From contig CAWJKZ010000024.1 of NCBI GenBank assembly GCA_963843575.1, positions 64,001-128,000 of the forward strand: DNA of 64,000 nucleotides, given 5' to 3'. The translations under genes were made by a program, and so were the position numbers. This document shows, piece by piece, positions 61,672 through 64,000 of this stretch. Each line of letters starts with the position of its first letter. Within the stretch, counting starts at the first letter, position 1. A model generated the notes under the pieces. The model saw nothing but the letters and a program-made list of their open reading frames with translations. It was not told the DNA's origin and did not search any database. Source of the DNA: an uncultured Acidobacteriota bacterium (GTDB taxonomy: Bacteria; Acidobacteriota; UBA6911).

Positions 61672-62868
61672 TCAATATCCGAAGGAGCCCGTCCCCGGTT
61701 TTCTCGAGGCGAGGTTTCCCACGATGCGCCCGTAGGCGTCCCGGATTATGGCGGGTTCCTGCACGAAGGAAATGACGAGGTGGGAGGGCGCGATATCGTA
61801 GAAATGGCCGGGGTGCACCAGCAATCCCTCCTCTCGCAGCAGTTGTTCTGCAGCCTCGTCCTCGCCGGTCTCTCGAAGCCTCAGGGTGACGTAGAACCCG
61901 CCCCGTGGCGGCACGAACGAGAGATCGGGGCTGGGGCCGAGTATGCGGGCTGCTTCGGCCCACCGGCGGCGGATTTCGGCCGAGTACTCCTCCAGGAAAG
62001 GCCCGCCGAGGCTCATGATGTCGGGCACGGCGGCCTGGGCGATCTCGCTCACGGGCAGGAAGGTGTCGGAGATCATCTCGAGGGCCGCCAGGGCCCGCCC
62101 GACCCTCACCTCCTCACCGGAGAGCGCCATCCAGCCGAGCTTCAGCCCGGGCAGGGCGTACATTTTCGAAAAGCCGTTGAGCGTGATTACCAGGGGCGCC
62201 GCCGTGAGCGCGGGCCGGGGGAGCGGGCCCGGCCCGAGCAGGAATTCGCTGAACACCTCGTCACTGATGATCGCCAGGTCGTGCCTTGCCGCCAGTTCCG
62301 CCACTCCCTCGAGTTCGTCTGCGCCCGGCACGTGACCCGTGGGGTTGTGGGGCGAGATCAGCGCCAGCGCCCGCGTCCGCGTCGAGATGCAGGCTTCGAG
62401 GTGATCCAGGTCGATGCGCCAGCCCCTCTCTTCCTGGAGCCGGTAAGGGATCAGCCTGACTCCACCCAGGAGCGCGATGTAGTCGAACAAAGGATAGGAG
62501 GGGCTCGGACAGAGGATTTCGTCCCCCTCGTCGGCCAGCAGCCTGAAGCTGTACCAGTACGAGATGCTGGTGCCGGGCGTCAGCACGAAGCGATCGGGCG
62601 GGATCGACACGCCCTGGAGGGCGTAGTAGGCGGAAAGGGCTTCGCGGGCCGGTCTCTGGCCGAAGGAATCCGGGCGGTAGACGGCGCAGCGGCGCGCCCC
62701 GTCGGCGAGCGCCCGCTCCAGGATGTCCGGGGGGAACACGAGGCCGTGCTCGGTGACGTTTCCCGAGACCAGGTCGATAATCCGCCGCCCCTGTGCACGA
62801 AGCTGATCGCGCAGGGTGTAGAGCGGGTTCGTTTCGCCGTGCAGCTGCGATGCGACGCGTGAGAACAT
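61672..62868 (-). CDS. Class I/II PLP-dependent aminotransferase
   Basis: PHNPTG, SDEVF, GFSKMYALPGLKLGW; start approximate. Confidence 0.9.
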   Translation of the reverse strand: MFSRVASQLHGETNPLYTLRDQLRAQGRRIIDLVSGNVTEHGLVFPPDILERALADGARRCAVYRPDSFGQRPAREALSAYYALQGVSIPPDRFVLTPGTSISYWYSFRLLADEGDEILCPSPSYPLFDYIALLGGVRLIPYRLQEERGWRIDLDHLEACISTRTRALALISPHNPTGHVPGADELEGVAELAARHDLAIISDEVFSEFLLGPGPLPRPALTAAPLVITLNGFSKMYALPGLKLGWMALSGEEVRVGRALAALEMISDTFLPVSEIAQAAVPDIMSLGGPFLEEYSAEIRRRWAEAARILGPSPDLSFVPPRGGFYVTLRLRETGEDEAAEQLLREEGLLVHPGHFYDIAPSHLVISFVQEPAIIRDAYGRIVGNLASRKPGTGSFGY

Positions 62869-62976
62869 GGTGGGAGACAACATCGCCGGAGCGGCGGCTT
62901 CCACGCCCTGCTCCGGCGACGGGCTGGTGACGGTCAGGGGGGCGGCCACGCCGCCCCCCTGGTGTTCCGGTTGGGG

Positions 62977-63237
62977 CTACTTTTTCCAGTAGTCGTAGTT
63001 GACCTGGATGAAGCTTTTCCACTTTTCCGGCACTTCCTCTTCCGGGAAGATCGCCGCCACTGGGCAGGCAGGCTCGCAGGCGCCGCAGTCGATGCATTCG
63101 TCCGGGTTGATGTACAGCTGCACCGCCTCGGCAAACCCCTCCTCGTCTTTCCGCGGGTGGATGCAGTCCACCGGGCAAACGTCGACGCAGGCGGTATCCT
63201 TGGTGTTGATGCACGGTTCAGCAATGATATAGGTCAT
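62977..63237 (-). CDS. 7Fe-type (3Fe-4S/4Fe-4S) ferredoxin
   Basis: C..TKDTACVDVCPVDCI ... CIDCGACEPACP. Confidence 0.95.
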   Translation of the reverse strand: MTYIIAEPCINTKDTACVDVCPVDCIHPRKDEEGFAEAVQLYINPDECIDCGACEPACPVAAIFPEEEVPEKWKSFIQVNYDYWKK

Positions 63238-63382
63238 TTTCTCTCCTCGAGCAAAGCCTCCCAGGGGGACGGTGTCACACGTTTCGTCAACGTCCCCGGA
63301 TTATTGCGAAATCCGCGGATGCTGTCCAGATCCTGGTGCACTCTTCGGCTTCACCGCTCCGTTGGGCATGACTAGGCGCGGG

Positions 63383-64000
63383 TCAGATGCGGCCGAGCAC
63401 GATGCCGAACACCGCCAGGAGGATCGAGGCGCCCACCGCGATGTTGAGCGACTGCTTGATGCTCTTGCCCTGAGAGAAGGAACCGATCCACGCCGGGATC
63501 ACGGTGCCGCCGATCAGGCCGATCGCGAAGATGTCCCCGAAAACACTGCCGTGCTGAGTCGGCTGGAACTTTCCGAAGGTCAGGCCGACGATCGTCGGGA
63601 ACATCGGGGCGAAGCACAGGCCGACGACGACGATCGCGGCGGTGGCGATGCCGTGGCTGCTTGCGCGGGTCATGGCGAGAATGGCCACGGCGGCGATCAG
63701 CGCCAGCACCAGGATCGAGGTTGGCCTCCATCCCTTTCTGCACGACCTGCGAGGCGGTCAGGCGGCCGACCATGAACGTGATCCAGAACAGGGAAAGTAT
63801 GCCGCTGGCTTTTTCGTCGGAAAACTGCAGGCTCTTGAGGTAGGTCGTGATCCAGCTCCCCATCGAAACCTCGAGCCCGATGTAGAACAGCAGCGCCAGG
63901 CCCGCGGCCCAAACGACGGTGTTGGTCAACAGCCCGAAGAACTGGGAGATCTCGAAGCCGCTGTTGATCGGGGGATAGGTCGCCAGGGCGACCGGCACGA
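63383..64000 (-). CDS. MFS transporter, C-terminal part (runs off window; indel near 63720)
   Basis: YIGLEVS..W, MVGRL, APMFPT, GGTVIP. Confidence 0.8.

Noticed and set aside
55995-64000. Broken membrane protein, regulator, uppS, SDR and MFS genes as a decaying island
   Set aside because: Catalytic motifs are intact across frames, the same single-indel pattern as the left end.

Overview
GC-rich bacterial window; gene order and protein style suggest Acidobacteriota (inference). Many single-base indels occur, mostly at 1-8.4 kb and 56-64 kb, and they also break rplU and eno, so they are best read as long-read sequencing or assembly errors. Left half is core housekeeping: Omp85/SurA-like/TamB, an OmpR-type two-component pair, rplU-rpmA-obgE-nadD-rsfS-rlmH-dksA-comF, queA, folE, mscS, sppA, atpF'FHAGDC and tRNA-Gln(CTG). 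Right half is a more accessory patchwork: eno, an NhaR/Rnk/aeRF1-like module, a Tat oxidoreductase, a CxxCH beta-propeller-TPR protein, AlkA, a stand-alone NRPS A-T didomain, ferritin, parE/parC, an M23 peptidase, DUF1080, an HTH-linked uppS, an FHA-GAF histidine kinase and a ferredoxin. Best hidden signals: (1) a BCP/PrxQ peroxiredoxin missing from the ORF track, with in-frame TGA at the peroxidatic Cys and a SECIS-like hairpin 12 nt downstream (probable selenoprotein); (2) a perfect LysR palindrome between nhaR and an rnk + aeRF1-like operon; (3) a duplicated operator linking a winged-HTH regulator to a membrane protein and uppS; (4) several distinct families of intergenic palindromic repeats/MITEs. 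No CRISPR array, rRNA, integrase or transposase was seen.
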